A stretch of 64,000 nucleotides of DNA from Nymphaea colorata (lineage: Eukaryota), in assembly GCF_008831285.2 (NCBI RefSeq), contig NC_045138.2, positions 30,256,001-30,320,000 of the forward strand, read 5' to 3'. Below, one piece after another: positions 12,157-25,400 of this stretch (position 1 is the first letter of the stretch; every line of letters starts with the position of its first letter). The notes beneath the pieces were generated by a model. The model made no database searches and was not told where the DNA came from. It saw only the letters and a program-made list of their open reading frames with translations. Both the position numbers and the translations under genes were made by a program.

Positions 12157-15100
12157 AGTTTTAGATCTTGCTTTACCTTCAAAACAAGTACAATTGTATG
12201 ACAGAGTTATCTCACTACTTTCTTTAACTACACCAAACAACTTCTGCTAACAAATTCAACCGAATTGGGTTGGAGCTTAAAATCATACTAAAAAAGTTGG
12301 ATCTTCTCCGAGACCAGCTCGGAGAGACTCAAGATCCAAAGCATGCAAAATCTGGATCTGATTAGTAATTGGATCTTATTTTTTCGCCATCAAATTATTT
12401 TTAAAATTAGTAATTGGATCTTTTATATGAACTCGAGTTCAGTTATATGATGTAGCCCCAAGATCCAAAGTCACTGCTCCATGACTCCGTCCCTACCACA
12501 AAACGAGTACTATTGCCGTGGTCTTCACGCGCTTCAAGAGTCTTTTTCTAAAACCATTCACGCCTCGTCCTTAGCCATGGGAACAAAACAAAACAATAAC
12601 ATTTATAACATAGCAGTGTCGGCAACTTTTGAAAAAAGTAAACACGTGTAGCAGTGTTGTTCAATTTATAAGGTCGGGATAAGAATTACAGATGATTGAA
12701 AGACCGGATTTGTCTTTCCTACCAAAAAAGCACGGAAAAAGGAAAAGATGGTGGCATGGAATGTATTTAAAATTTTTACAATATATGCTGAAAAACGAAA
12801 CGGTTCTTCTGTTTAATGTGTGACGTTTCAACCATTTCATTAACTTGGTAGGTTATTTGTTAGGCTATTCTATCAGATATAGTAAAAATACAAAATTCAA
12901 AACTGTACCTGTTTGCCTTTTGAGTATCCATAGGCCTGGGTCCTCATTTAGTTTATACAAAAAAAGCTTCAAAAATCTTGTATTTCATATCACTGGGCTG
13001 TTTAATAGGAAGAAAACAAAAAAAAAAAAGTGGAAAAAGAAATTCGACAGACAATTTCGAAAAAGAACTAAATATTTTTAAATTATGGGTATGAATGTTA
13101 ACTGGAATATATCTGGATCTCAAACAAGAGTGAACCGCCTGACTCATGTCCACTTGATTTTTTTTTTTTTTTGTTTTGATGATTTCCTTTGGGTTTTTTA
13201 TGTGATTTTTCTTGTAAATTATTTTTTATTAATTTTTCATTATTAAATGACATTTAATGAGTAGATGGAGTTGAATGCAAAGTCATTAAAAACCAGTAAC
13301 TGTTGATATTTAGCACCCTTAAGTAAGGTAGACCGAAAGCGATAGCTATAATGAAGCCATGATTGGGAAGTCATTCAGAGCTAGCTTCAATCAAAAAGAG
13401 AACAAGTTGTGCCCAATCATTTATTTATAAAAGAGAGAGGCTGTTTGATTACCATAACAATTTGTTACTTTTAAAACAAGTTTATGAAACAATAGTAACT
13501 AAACAACCTCTAATAAAGAGGAGGTCCGACCAAGCTCATAAAGATTTTGACCTAAGCTTGATCGCCTTTTAAAAAATGTAATGTAATAATATAATTCCGT
13601 GTATTCGGCCTCCAAGTGAGTCCAAGAAGACTCGCCGTCGGAGATATATTCCGTCCGACCTCCGCCTGTCGTAATTCAATCATTATCAAGACTTATGTAG
13701 ATTGGCTCTTTCGATACCTTTTGTGCGGTTTTTGGATAACGTTCCACTAAACCCGAATCCAGATCCAAGTATGTTATACTGGACCGGGTCAGTCCTACTG
13801 AAGTTGATATCCAACTCAAACCCGACCCCTTTAGTGCCCGCGAGGAAGAAAGTAGTCAAAGTTTGCCCCCATCGTCCCTCCTTTCTGTCACATAATCTTC
13901 GTGAGATCTGTGATTGACTTGATTGAGGCACTGCTCAGTTGAACAACGTGTTCGTGACGAGTGGGACTTTTAAAACTGACAGGGACAGGACCCGATGAGA
14001 CGTGTCCCCGCCCAGGGTTTGTTATTTGAAAACATCCGAGCAAGGGGGTTTCAGTTTTTTCCAAACGAGCCACCTTAACTTTTTTTTTGATAGTTTTGTG
14101 GGGGCAAACTCGAATTTTTTAAAAGTTTAGTGCGCAAAATTGTAATATATAAATAATATTTATTTATTCATTGGTACGAGAAGCTATAAATGAAATAACT
14201 TGGGAATGACAGCGGCAATAACTCTCCCAAGTGCCTGTTGTCCACGTTTCGGGAGGAACAGTTTGTTTTCTTTCCTGGCAAAAACAGAGAACAGACTGTT
14301 CTGCCCAAGACTTGCAAAAGGAAAAGCGACGTGAACCAAGGGGAGAAGGTGGAAGCTCCATTTGGCAAAAACCTCACCTGCTTTCTGCCCCTTAAATTTA
14401 TGTGGTTTTCTAATGCCTTCTCTTTACCTCGCCTTTTAGTTGTTCAAATCACGCACAAGTAAAATGACCATATTACCCTCAACATAATTTATTTTATGTT
14501 AATTGTCGAGTCGTTGACTGAGAGCTGGTGTGATGGGAACAGTCGAACCATTAAACCCGATCGGATTTGGATATGTATAAATATAAATTTATATCAAAAT
14601 TAGTTTTAAATAAATATTTTATAGCAAATGCTCTAGATCGGTTAGATTGGGTTCAAAATTCAAAGATGTATGTGAAAATAAGATTTAGATCAGATTCAAA
14701 ACGTCAGATTTGATTTTGAATCCATATTTGGAATTTGGATATAACTTTTTTTTGCACGTTCGAGTGTGAACTGTGACTGTTTGATGGAATACGTTTAAGG
14801 GTATATCCGACTTCAATCGACCACCACCAACGAAGAAAAATTTTCAGTTCAAGGCTAAATTTTAGGGGTTATTTTATAAAGCGCAGTATCTTTTGTGGTT
14901 TTTAACAAATGCCAACGCTTTTCGTTCATGACTCTTGGCAAACTTGAGTAATCCGAAGTAAGTTAACAAATTACCTACCAGAAAAAGCAAGCGGCAGGTT
15001 TTTACTATAAATCGGCAGATTTTTTAAAACGTCCCTTTTTTTTCTTAAACGTCATAAAAGATTAGCTTACTGAATATTAAAATCCCACTTTCTTTAACCA

Positions 15101-17646
15101 TTATTAACTAACGACATTGATTGTTCACTAACAAGTCCACAATTTTCAGGGGCCAACAGCATGCCTTATATAAAAAATGCTATCAAATAATAAATAACTG
15201 AATCAACCACACTCTACCTTTATCTACAAGTAGGGTTGGTCGGGGCGAGAATTAGTAGGTAGTTGGTTTTCGTTTCGAATCATTGCGACATTAACCTTTT
15301 GTGTTGTGTTGTAAAAGGAAATAGAGCTACCGATACAAATTGAAGCATGACAAGAGCCCAAAAATAGACCTTGTACCACAAGGGACTTCACTTGTCCAAA
15401 TTTCTTATAAAATTTAAGATCAACTTGGGCAAAACTCTTCAAGTCCTAAATCTACAAGTAAACAAACAGTGGACTTTGGCTAGTTGGATTTAACATTCAG
15501 ATTAAGTAGCAGAAAACCTCACACCAATGAAGGAACCGAAATATCATGACTAAATGGCATTAAGCATAAAATTTTAGATCTTTAAACGACGTCAATATGT
15601 AAATGATAAAAAATACTCTCAACCATCAATATGAAAATAATATAAATATATATATATATTTTTTTTGTGTGGGCAATTGCCCCCGCCTCCATCTACCACT
15701 GCCTCGAATCGTATAATTTCTATCCAGAAAAGGAGGAGGAAAGGGTCTGATATCAGATCCGAGGTCGAGCAAACATAATGCGTTGGAGATCCACATTTGA
15801 CGTGCTCCATCCATAAGTCATAACATTGGGGACGTTTTTTTGCTTGGTCAAAGTCATGGGAGAAGATGGTGGGTTTCATTAGATCGATCGGGAGACGGAG
15901 CTTTAAATCTGCACACTTAAATGCGTTTCAGTTCTTCGTTCTAGTTTAATTATAGTTAGACCGAATTATTAATTTTTTTTAAAAATTATATAAAATAAAT
16001 AATTTTTTAAAAATTTATATGTAAAGTCTTTTTTTAAAAATAATTCAAAGGAAGCAACACTCCTACAAAACTATATATATATATATATATATGATGATGA
16101 TGATAATGTCAAAAATTAAACTCATTCAGATAAATCATCATAACATTTTATAAATAGGATTTTAGAATTATTATAAAATAAAACATCTTTGGAATGTTTT
16201 TTTTTTTTAATTTTAATAAATAGGTTTTAGGCTTTGCCTAAGAGGTTAACAACCTACCACCCAAAAAAATCCAATTCACATGAAGACAAGAGAGAGATCC
16301 AATTCACATGCAAACGAAATAGAAAACGAAGCATAAGTTCGTAACTATAAAATTGAACCATAATGAGGGGTTTAGTTTATTTTGTTGGTTTTAGATTTTC
16401 CTTTAGTCGAGTCCTTTCTTGTAGAGATAGAGAGAGAAAGAAGGAGAGACTGGCCCGGTAGCATTCTTATTATTATTTATGAAATTGCCAAGTACACACG
16501 TGATGTTGTAGGTGAAGAGGTAGGAAAGGTGTGAATGTCCATTTCTCCTAACAGATTTTTATTTTTTTTAAAAGTGTTTTCTTTTGTAGGCAAAAGAAAA
16601 ATTAATTATTAAAAAGGTTTCCAGGGGCCAATTTTTCACATTAAAACAAGTTTTTTATCGGCAAAAAAGAAAAAATTAATCGATTTTCAACTACTCAAGT
16701 ATGTAAGAGTTTGGATTAATACAACTTGTCCTCTATTCATAGTGCCGCAAGTTGACACCACAACGAATATTCTTTTTAAGGTCTTAAACAATTGTTTCAG
16801 GCAATTAATGTCGCCACTATTTGTAATTATTTATGTACCTTTTAGTGGAGGGATGTCCATAAATTCGAATCGCATAAAAAAAATATAGGACGTGAAAAAA
16901 AGTTTGACATTCCATTAAAAATTCAGATCAGATTCAGATATAAAAAATGATATCTGATTGGATTTACATTAGATCTAAGTAAACATTGATGAGACGTAAG
17001 TAATATACATATCTACAATATCATGTTTAAAAATGATAATCAAATTCGATGTTAATCTGAAAAACAGCTATGTTTACGCTCACGTCAGTTGAGATATAGA
17101 ACTAGGTTTTGTATTACTACTTTAACGAAGGATCCATGTCCAGGTCCAGGACTTGAAGAAAATTTTGCGAGTGGTCTCTTCTTTGAAAAGCGGTTATTCT
17201 TGGCAATTTGTTTTGAGAGCTTGAGTATTATCAAATTCTCCTTTTAACAAGTGTCATAACAAACTTTTATTTTTAAAATAGTTATAATATATTTTTTATA
17301 ATAAAATTTTATTTAAAACTCTTTTTCTAATAAACTTGACTGTATTATTTGTTTTTCTAAACAATTGACGGTTGACTAGTGGGAAGGAGAGCAACCAAAG
17401 CAAGAGAGAATTGACCGGTCTGTTGAATATATATAAAAGTTATGCAGGTTAAAATAATTACCAAAAGTATTTGGTATCTAAAAGTAAATTTCACTTTTTT
17501 TTTGGCTGCTCATGAGGACCGTGGAGACGCACCGTAATACCAAAGGGATTTGGTATAAAGCAGTTCGCTGCGGGAGGACGAGTGAGGGTGTCTGCTTCAG
17601 CACGTTTTCATAGGCCTCTCTCTCTCTTTCTCAACACAATGCCGCC

Positions 17647-19965
17647 ATGCTTAGTTTGGATTTCACAAGAAGGGGAAGCAGTCAATTTTGTCGATGGTGG
17701 TGTCGATCGTTTTCCAGTCTCATGCATGCCCGCCAAGCGTTCGACAAAATTCCCCATCCAATTTCTCCTTCAGAGATCAACTGCACCATGGCTTCCTTCA
17801 GCCGAGCCAGAGATTTCGGTGGCCTTTTCGACTTGTTCACCCGTACGAGAAGAAGTCCTGGAGCTCGCCCAAGTGCATGCTTCGATTTCATCACCTTATC
17901 CATCCTCCTTACTGCATGCCGTAGGAGCGTATCTCTGCTCGATGCCGGACCCCAAGTCCATGCCTTTGCGATTGTCTCAGGCTTTGATTCCGATGTTACT
18001 GTATGCAATTGCCTCATGAACATGTATGCAGGCGCTCAGTTGTTCGAAGAATTTCAGAGGGTTTTCAAAGCAATGCCATCGAGAGATTTGGTCTCTTGGA
18101 ACACGGCCATTTCTGTGTACGCTAGGAATGAACGCAGTGACGAAGCTCTGCGCCTTTCACTTGAAATGCGCCGTTTAGACTTTGTTTTTGACAAAGTGAC
18201 ATTTACGAGCGTCCTTACTGCTTGCTCTGACCTTCAAGCACTTCGTTTTGGCAGGCAAATTCATGCGCTCGTAGTGCTGTTCGGGCTTGAACTGGATGTA
18301 TTCGTCCGCAATTCGTTGATCACTTTGTATGCAAGGTGCGACAGCATTGACGAATCGAGGGACATCTTTGATCAAATGGTTGATCGGGATATTGTTTCTT
18401 GGAATGCTATGGTTTCTGGGTATGCCCAACAAGATCATTGTAGTGGAGAAGCGATCAACGTCTTCTTAGAGATGGTGAATCATGGGGACGACGTTGGATT
18501 GGACGACATCTCCTTTGCTAGCGTCCTGTCTGCTTGTAGCCATGAACAAGCTTTGGAGCTTGGGCTGCAATGCCACGCTTCAATTATTAAGAGGGGATGC
18601 CATGATTTTGTGAATGTGTGCAATAGTTTAATGTCTCTGTATGCAAAATGTGACATGATGGAGGAAGTGAACAGAGTGTTCTATTGCATGGCTAATCCGA
18701 ATGTCGTTTCATGGACATGTATGATCACATTGCATGAAGCGAAAGGGTTCGGCCTCTTTAGAGATATGAGATTGGCGGACACTCAACCTAATCAAGTAAC
18801 TTTTGTGGGGCTGATCAATGCTTGTAGCTCTGACCAAGAGACACGGATGGTTCACGGTCTTGTTGTCAGCACGGGCTTCTTCTTGGATGTTAATGTGGCC
18901 AATAGCCTCATCACTATGTATGCTAAATTCAAGGACATGGAAGCATCTGTAAGAGTATTTGAGCAAATGAACTATAGGGAGGTTGTCTCGTGGAATGCTT
19001 TGATTGCTGGATGTGCTCAAAATGAGCTCTACCATGAAGCTCTTGAATGGTTTTCTCTCATGGACGAACAGCCCAACCAGTTCACTTATGGTAGTCTTCT
19101 TAGTGCTTGTACTGCCTTTTTATCACTAGGCCATGGCCGCCAATTCCATTGCGGGGCGATCAAACATGGACTTAATTTTGACATGTACGTGGGAAGTGCA
19201 TTAGTTGACATGTATGCGAAATGTGGAAGTATTGATGACGCACAGCAGTTTTTCGACGAGATGCCCCAACGGAGTGTCGTCTCATGGACAGTGATGATCT
19301 CTGGACAAGCACAACATGGGAACTGCTATAAAGTATTACAGCTGTTTAAGAGGATGGAGGGTGAGGGGGTGCAGCCTGATCCAGTGGCATTCCTTGCCCT
19401 GTTCTCTGCGTGTGGGAGAGCAGGCCTTGTTGAAGAAGGTCGCCGGTATTTCGAATTGATGAAAAAAGAATATGGGATTGATGCAACGAGAGAGCATTTG
19501 TCAAGCATGGTGGACATGCTCGGTAGAGCAGGAAGAGTGGCTGAGGCTGAGGAGTTTATCAGGAAGATGGCATTGGAGAAAAGCATCACAGCATGGCAGA
19601 GCTTGCTTGGAGCATGCAGGAAGTATGGAAACATGGAGGTGGGCAGAAGGGCAGGTACCGCATTGATGGAATTGGATCCAGGGGACTCTGCTACTTATGT
19701 TTTGTTGTCCAATATATATGCAGCAGATGAGAGGTGGGAGGAGGTGGCAAGGGTGAGAAAAGTGATGAGAGCAAAAGGGGTGAAGAAAGAGGTGGCTTGC
19801 AGTTGGGTGGACACAAAAGATCACACCCACAAGTTCACCACGGATGACATGTCCCATCCAAGGGCAGAGGAGATAGTGGAACTCGTGGAGAACTTGTCCT
19901 TGGAGATGAGATACCTGGAGATTGGTGAAACAGCAACAAAAATCTTCCCTGACGTCTTTCTTTAA
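17647..19965 (+). CDS. PLS-class pentatricopeptide repeat protein, E/E+ subgroup, probably mitochondrial (resembles At4g32430/GRS1), 772 aa
   Basis: Intronless. Repeated PPR motifs (NSLITMYAK, VVSWNALI, GSALVDMYAKCG), E-domain (WQSLLGACRKYGN...YVLLSNIYA...GVKKEVACSWV) and E+ tail (HKFTTDDMSHPRAEEI). No DYW domain. Arg/Ser-rich N-terminus. Confidence 0.93.
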   Translation: MLSLDFTRRGSSQFCRWWCRSFSSLMHARQAFDKIPHPISPSEINCTMASFSRARDFGGLFDLFTRTRRSPGARPSACFDFITLSILLTACRRSVSLLDAGPQVHAFAIVSGFDSDVTVCNCLMNMYAGAQLFEEFQRVFKAMPSRDLVSWNTAISVYARNERSDEALRLSLEMRRLDFVFDKVTFTSVLTACSDLQALRFGRQIHALVVLFGLELDVFVRNSLITLYARCDSIDESRDIFDQMVDRDIVSWNAMVSGYAQQDHCSGEAINVFLEMVNHGDDVGLDDISFASVLSACSHEQALELGLQCHASIIKRGCHDFVNVCNSLMSLYAKCDMMEEVNRVFYCMANPNVVSWTCMITLHEAKGFGLFRDMRLADTQPNQVTFVGLINACSSDQETRMVHGLVVSTGFFLDVNVANSLITMYAKFKDMEASVRVFEQMNYREVVSWNALIAGCAQNELYHEALEWFSLMDEQPNQFTYGSLLSACTAFLSLGHGRQFHCGAIKHGLNFDMYVGSALVDMYAKCGSIDDAQQFFDEMPQRSVVSWTVMISGQAQHGNCYKVLQLFKRMEGEGVQPDPVAFLALFSACGRAGLVEEGRRYFELMKKEYGIDATREHLSSMVDMLGRAGRVAEAEEFIRKMALEKSITAWQSLLGACRKYGNMEVGRRAGTALMELDPGDSATYVLLSNIYAADERWEEVARVRKVMRAKGVKKEVACSWVDTKDHTHKFTTDDMSHPRAEEIVELVENLSLEMRYLEIGETATKIFPDVFL

Positions 19966-21024
19966 CATAGATAATTTTGCTGCCCCTCCTTCATCTTGGC
20001 AAGTGCATCCAATGCCAATTTTCCCAATAAATCCACAGTTCTAGGATTCATGACATTCCTAACTGGCCCCTACCAGGGTGAAGAAGCCTTTTGGGGCAGC
20101 TTTCTAATTGAGATAATTAAAGAGGCATGATTGAAATTGCAATTCCAATTGCAGTATGACGTATCAGAAGTAGATTACTGGACCGAATTTTTTTGTATGA
20201 GGTCAGGCTGAGGGAATACTCCTGTCAGATTAGCATACACAAGCAGTTCCACTCATATTCACGCCGAATTCCGGTTTGGATGCCCTCAAAAGGCAGGCCG
20301 TTTTAAATCCAAGCAATAACATAAAAGAATGCTGGCTTCATGTCTTAAAGCACATCAAAATCTCGACAATAATCCAGCGGACCATTTCCTCTGGAAATAT
20401 CTCTTCAGAAGATTCTACTATTAGTTAATGAACAGTGGAACTTCAGCTTCGAATGCTTTATGCAAATGGTGCTTCCTTGATAGCATTTTTTACAAAAAGT
20501 CTCCTACCATATTTCATTTTACAGAAAAACTTATCTGGTTGATTTCTAGGCGTTTTCTTAGAACTTGTTCATGCAAATTCTGCTAGAGACGATGGACGTA
20601 AAACGCCACAGGTTTTGGTGTATGTAGTTCAAATATCTGTTGTCCAGATAAATGTATGTAAATTGACAATTGCCCCAAGTAAGTAATATTATTAAAACAG
20701 CACACATCTTGAAAATATCACTCTTAAGCATGCTTTTAGACCAACATAAACAGAAAGCATGTATGGCCATTTTTTATAATCTTTAGTTTGTTTTAGGTGT
20801 TACACATATACCGATACATCTAACATTACATTTTTTCCTAATATGCTGATATTTTGTACTAAACAGGGCATTTTATTTGCTCACGAGATTCTCCTCGCAG
20901 GTTTCTTCGGCATTAACTCATTTCATGCGCTAGCTAATGGTCCATCTTAACTAACGCCTCTTTTACCATTTCATAAGTCGAAGGAAATTTCCAGCCCTTG
21001 TAAGGAAATTGGACATGTTTGCTT

Positions 21025-22109
21025 TGTCACAGGATGGAAATTGAAAGTACTTGCACTTGCTGCCTAAACTTCATTTCATTCTGTTGTTTTGTTCTGCAGC
21101 CAATTCAACAAGCGAAGAAATCAAAGCTAGGCGTACCGACTGAGATCGATGAGGATCTAAGACGGTTGTAATGCAGTTGGCTTTCAGGATTGGATCTTTC
21201 ACATCGGCTATTGGGTTAAAGAAAAGAAAAAACAGCAACTTGAATATTCTTGCAGTTCGAGTTACTTAGGAAGCTCTTGTATACCTTTGATCTAAGATCC
21301 AAGAGTCACACATGAAATCATCTCCTGAACTTAAATCAATAGACCACAGATCTACAGAATTTAAGAACATACTTAGATGATAGATAATGAACCAGACCTC
21401 TTGACCTTTATATTGTCCAGGAAAATAAGTACAATAGGTTAAACCGGCTCAGTAAAAGGACAAATAACAGACTAAACTAGCTCAGTTAGGTCTCCTATCT
21501 TGAAAGTTGTTTATATCTACTACAAGGAAGAAAAGAACTTTCCTTAATCCAGTTACATGTGCCCACATTACTTCCAAGCCTATATGAGGCTTTAATTAGA
21601 GAAAAGGATTGCGTTTTCGCTCATCCATTGGAGAGAGCAGATCTGAGCACTTCCGATGCAAACCTGCGGAGAGAGGTCTCCCAATCTTGATTAAGCTGTA
21701 CAGTTACAAAATCAGCAGCAGACCCATGTGCAGAACCACAATATCAGAACAAAAACGTCCAGTTCTGCAGCAAAACAGAGTCATGCACAAATAAAGCTGC
21801 GGTAAGCAGATCAAGGAAAAATATCGGTCAGAGATCAAAAGATCAGGAAAAACAGAAGCAATTCAGTTGGTTTGCTAATGCATAAATGCGCAATAATTAT
21901 TTTAACCAAATGCAACTAGCGAAATACCGACAATTTAGTATTGCAAGAGGAGGTCCAGCCGTCCAGGTGATCTTCGTGACCGATTTTTATGAGAATCAAT
22001 TTTCGAATTGCCAAAACCGGACGTGTACAAAATTTAGCAAAGTTTCAACAGCGAAGGATTACAAGATTAACAAAAGATGGTGTCTTGGTAAAAGATCAAT
22101 CCTGTGACA
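21025..22109. mobile_element. Possible solo LTR or TIR-bounded element (~1.08 kb)
   Basis: Perfect 11-bp terminal inverted repeat TGTCACAGGAT...ATCCTGTGACA giving TG...CA ends. Non-coding. No matching TSD seen (TGCTT vs TCTGC). Confidence 0.35.
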
Positions 22110-22434
22110 TCTGCACACATAAATTAAAGAACATTTCCACTGACTAAGTTTTTGATACAAGTTTCCGTCGAGACGAGACCTCAATTCATCAAACGTTGCT
22201 CACGGTCAATGCTATTATAGAAATGCAGCAACTAAAAAGGCGCGGCCGTCTTCCACCTAACGGCGGGCGCATTTGCCGCTGTTCAGCCTCCACGAGGCGA
22301 GCGGTGAGCTAAGCCACGTAGGGTATGCGCACCACCACAATCGTTATTCGTTAGAATCCATCTTGGCTGTTGGCTGGCAGTCCAGCAGCCAGCAGCAGCC
22401 AGAGAACCGGAGGCCGCCGAACGACCGAGAAGCC

Positions 22435-25400
22435 ATGATGATGAGGCGTTGGTGCCGGGCCGTCGTTTCAGGTTCAGTTTCTGCGTGTGGTCATAAGGAA
22501 TGGATGAGCCGAACTGCGGTTTCCTTCTTCTGCACGCAGCCTCCTCCTCTTCCTGCTAAATCGCCGCCTTCTCCTGCTGTGAATTGCACCGGTATGCACT
22601 TTCGCCGCGCTTTGTCGTTTCTTCTCGTTCTTTCCCGTTTGATTCTCGTCTAGCTTTAGTTATGCTTGTTACCTACCCAAGAGGTATGCTGTCCTCTTTA
22701 GTAGATATGGAAGTCCAGAAGTCCATTACTTTGATCATCCCTCTATCTCTCTCTGTCTTGATCGACCATAGGAATCCACTAGTTGATCGTCGGAGCACTT
22801 TTCGTGCTGATTTGATTGTGATTCTGCGCAATGGTAGCATTTAGATTGAAGGAAAATGGAGTTTGTGTAGTGAATCAGGAGACAAATTTGCCCTGAATAC
22901 ACCATTGCAAGGGCATCATTTTTTCCTTCCTGATCAAATTCAGGAATTCTCTGGGGCTTGTTTGTGCATCCCACTTTCTTTTTGTCCTTCTTTTACTTGA
23001 TCTCATTACTGCTTTGAGCGTCGTAATACATCAGTTTCGTAAAAGTATTTCTCATCTCCTGTGATTTTTATTGCAAGCAGCTACCCGTCCACTTTTTCTC
23101 TACAGAACATTGGTCAAAGAGGGGAAGTTACAATATGATGCTAACCAGGAATCTGTAGCGGCAGAACTGGAGGGGTTACTTAGCAAGTTGGAGCAATATG
23201 AGACGGATATGAGAGCATATCATGTATGGAGACTTTATGATTGGTCTGTACACGTACTTTCAAAGGACCAGAAATGCTTTCATTTCATCTTTTCAAACAC
23301 TTCTTAGGTAGTGTTGGCAGAATGGGAGAGGCAGAGAGATGAGGAGCGGCGGACATTGTTAATGAAAGAAGCCGAAGCTAAACAACAAAGTGGTATATGG
23401 AGTACCAAGCGAACTGCAACCATCAACAAGTGGCTTTTGCGGTTTGTATTATTTCCTTCAACGTTCAAGTTGTAATACTTTCTATGTTCAAACGGTAGGC
23501 ATTATGTATTTTATAGGACTACGAGGGTGTTATCTTATGAAGAAAATTACGTTTTATGGAAAAAATGTTTTAAGATCTATAGGTTTTTTACTGAAAAATT
23601 CTCTATATTTGAGGTTTTCTATAAATTCTGAAATGAGTGAGGTGGAAACCTTGAGCAGCACATACTGTAGATCTTATTATCTGCATTGAGGTTTTTTACC
23701 AATATCAAATTCTGTAACCTTTAAAGTTCAAGTTTTCTGAAGCAATGGAAAATATTACAGGCGTATCCTATTCTTGCAACTGAAAGTGTATAGAGTTTGA
23801 GCTAGACACCCTAGTCATGGAGGGTAGCAGCATGAATTTATCCATTTTTGCCTGTAACTTCGCTTGGCATGTTCATCTGGGCTAAATATAGCATGATTTC
23901 CCACCAGACACTGCAAAACTTTATGGACATAGTCAAACTAGTGCAAGATACTGTCAACACTATGTCATTAACTTAATTTATGATCATTATAGCTTATTTG
24001 TACTAACTTGTGTTTTTCTGAAGAATTAGTTTTCAATTGTATTATTGTTTAATTTGATAATATGGTGCTTTTTAACTATGATATACATTAACAAGTGTCT
24101 GTTTTTTGGTCAAAATGTCAAGAAAAAAATGTCATCGACAAACTGTACACAAAATAAATGATTAAAATAAAATATCTAAGTAAATAAAAGAGCACTGTCT
24201 GCCTATCCTCAGCTTCCCTATTAAAAAGTGATACTTGATTGGTTAGACTTAAAAGTTGCATGATGTTTGTGCCATTTCATGTGATCTATCACTAAAACAG
24301 ATTATGCTAATTAAGTTTTAAAACTTTTAAAGTAAAAGAGACAATGTATAACATTGATGCCTCACTGAGAGCTGCTGACACTAATGTTAGAACTCTTTGA
24401 TACAGAAGATATCTAAAGAATGGAGGTAGTCATTCCATGAAAAAGCAAAAGGTGTATGCCTTCTCCATTAAAGAAAATGAAACAATATAAAACACACTAA
24501 TCAGTGTTGAGGAAATGTTCCTGAAATCTCTAGGAGAGGATTTATATCTTAGGCGGCTAAGTTATGCAATACCTGTACCTAACAATGTTACTGAATTTAA
24601 TTTATGAAAATTTATCTCAAGTCATAATAAGGTTTAGTCCTTTTGATATGCATATCCTTATTCTGCTGTATCTACCAATGAGAGACAAATCTGAATCGCC
24701 ATAACAGCATGCAACTGCTTGTCACTTTGCAATATCTGATTAAGAACTTTCGTCCTCCTTGGATACAGGAGACATGGGAATGTGGAGCCAGGAGCTGGGA
24801 AGATGGTCTCCTATCTTAACAGAGAAAAAAAGTTAGACTCTATAGTTGGCCGTCGTCCAGTTGCACCTCCAGCTCCCAAGGGTATATACATATATGGAAA
24901 TGTTGGAACTGGTAATCTGCTCTTGTTGCTGGATTGACCTCTCTTTCCCATTCATATCTTTTTTGGTTTGTTATGCTCCAATGCGTTTATTATCCATCCA
25001 AAGTTAAACATCAAGAGCCTTCTCCAGGGAAAAAGCTCAGCGGCCTTTCATTTTTGAGAAATTCTGTAAATGGATTCGTTTGATCTTCTGTTAATTTCCT
25101 GTGGCTTACAAGAGATTCTTGTTGAACAATTAGGAAAGACAATGCTGATGGACATGTTTTATAATGCCACCAAAGGCATTGTTGAACATCGAAGAAGGTT
25201 TCACTTCCATGAGGTAATTATTGCCTTTTATGTAGTCATACAATCTTTGCATTTGAATGTTCATTTTATTTATTTTAGTATCTGAGGATTCTCTCTTTTC
25301 ATGCTTCAATTCTTCAAGTACCAGGATTTTGTGTTCGTAAGGAATGCAAGCTCCATTAGAGGCTATTATTACCTTCCTCCATCAAAAGGCTAATTTGGGT

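Noticed and set aside
14864..15036. Weak palindromic AT-rich segment (similar ones near 13.2, 38.5, 39.4 and 52.9 kb), possibly Mutator-like MITEs
   Set aside because: TIRs are too degenerate and no 9-bp TSD could be identified.
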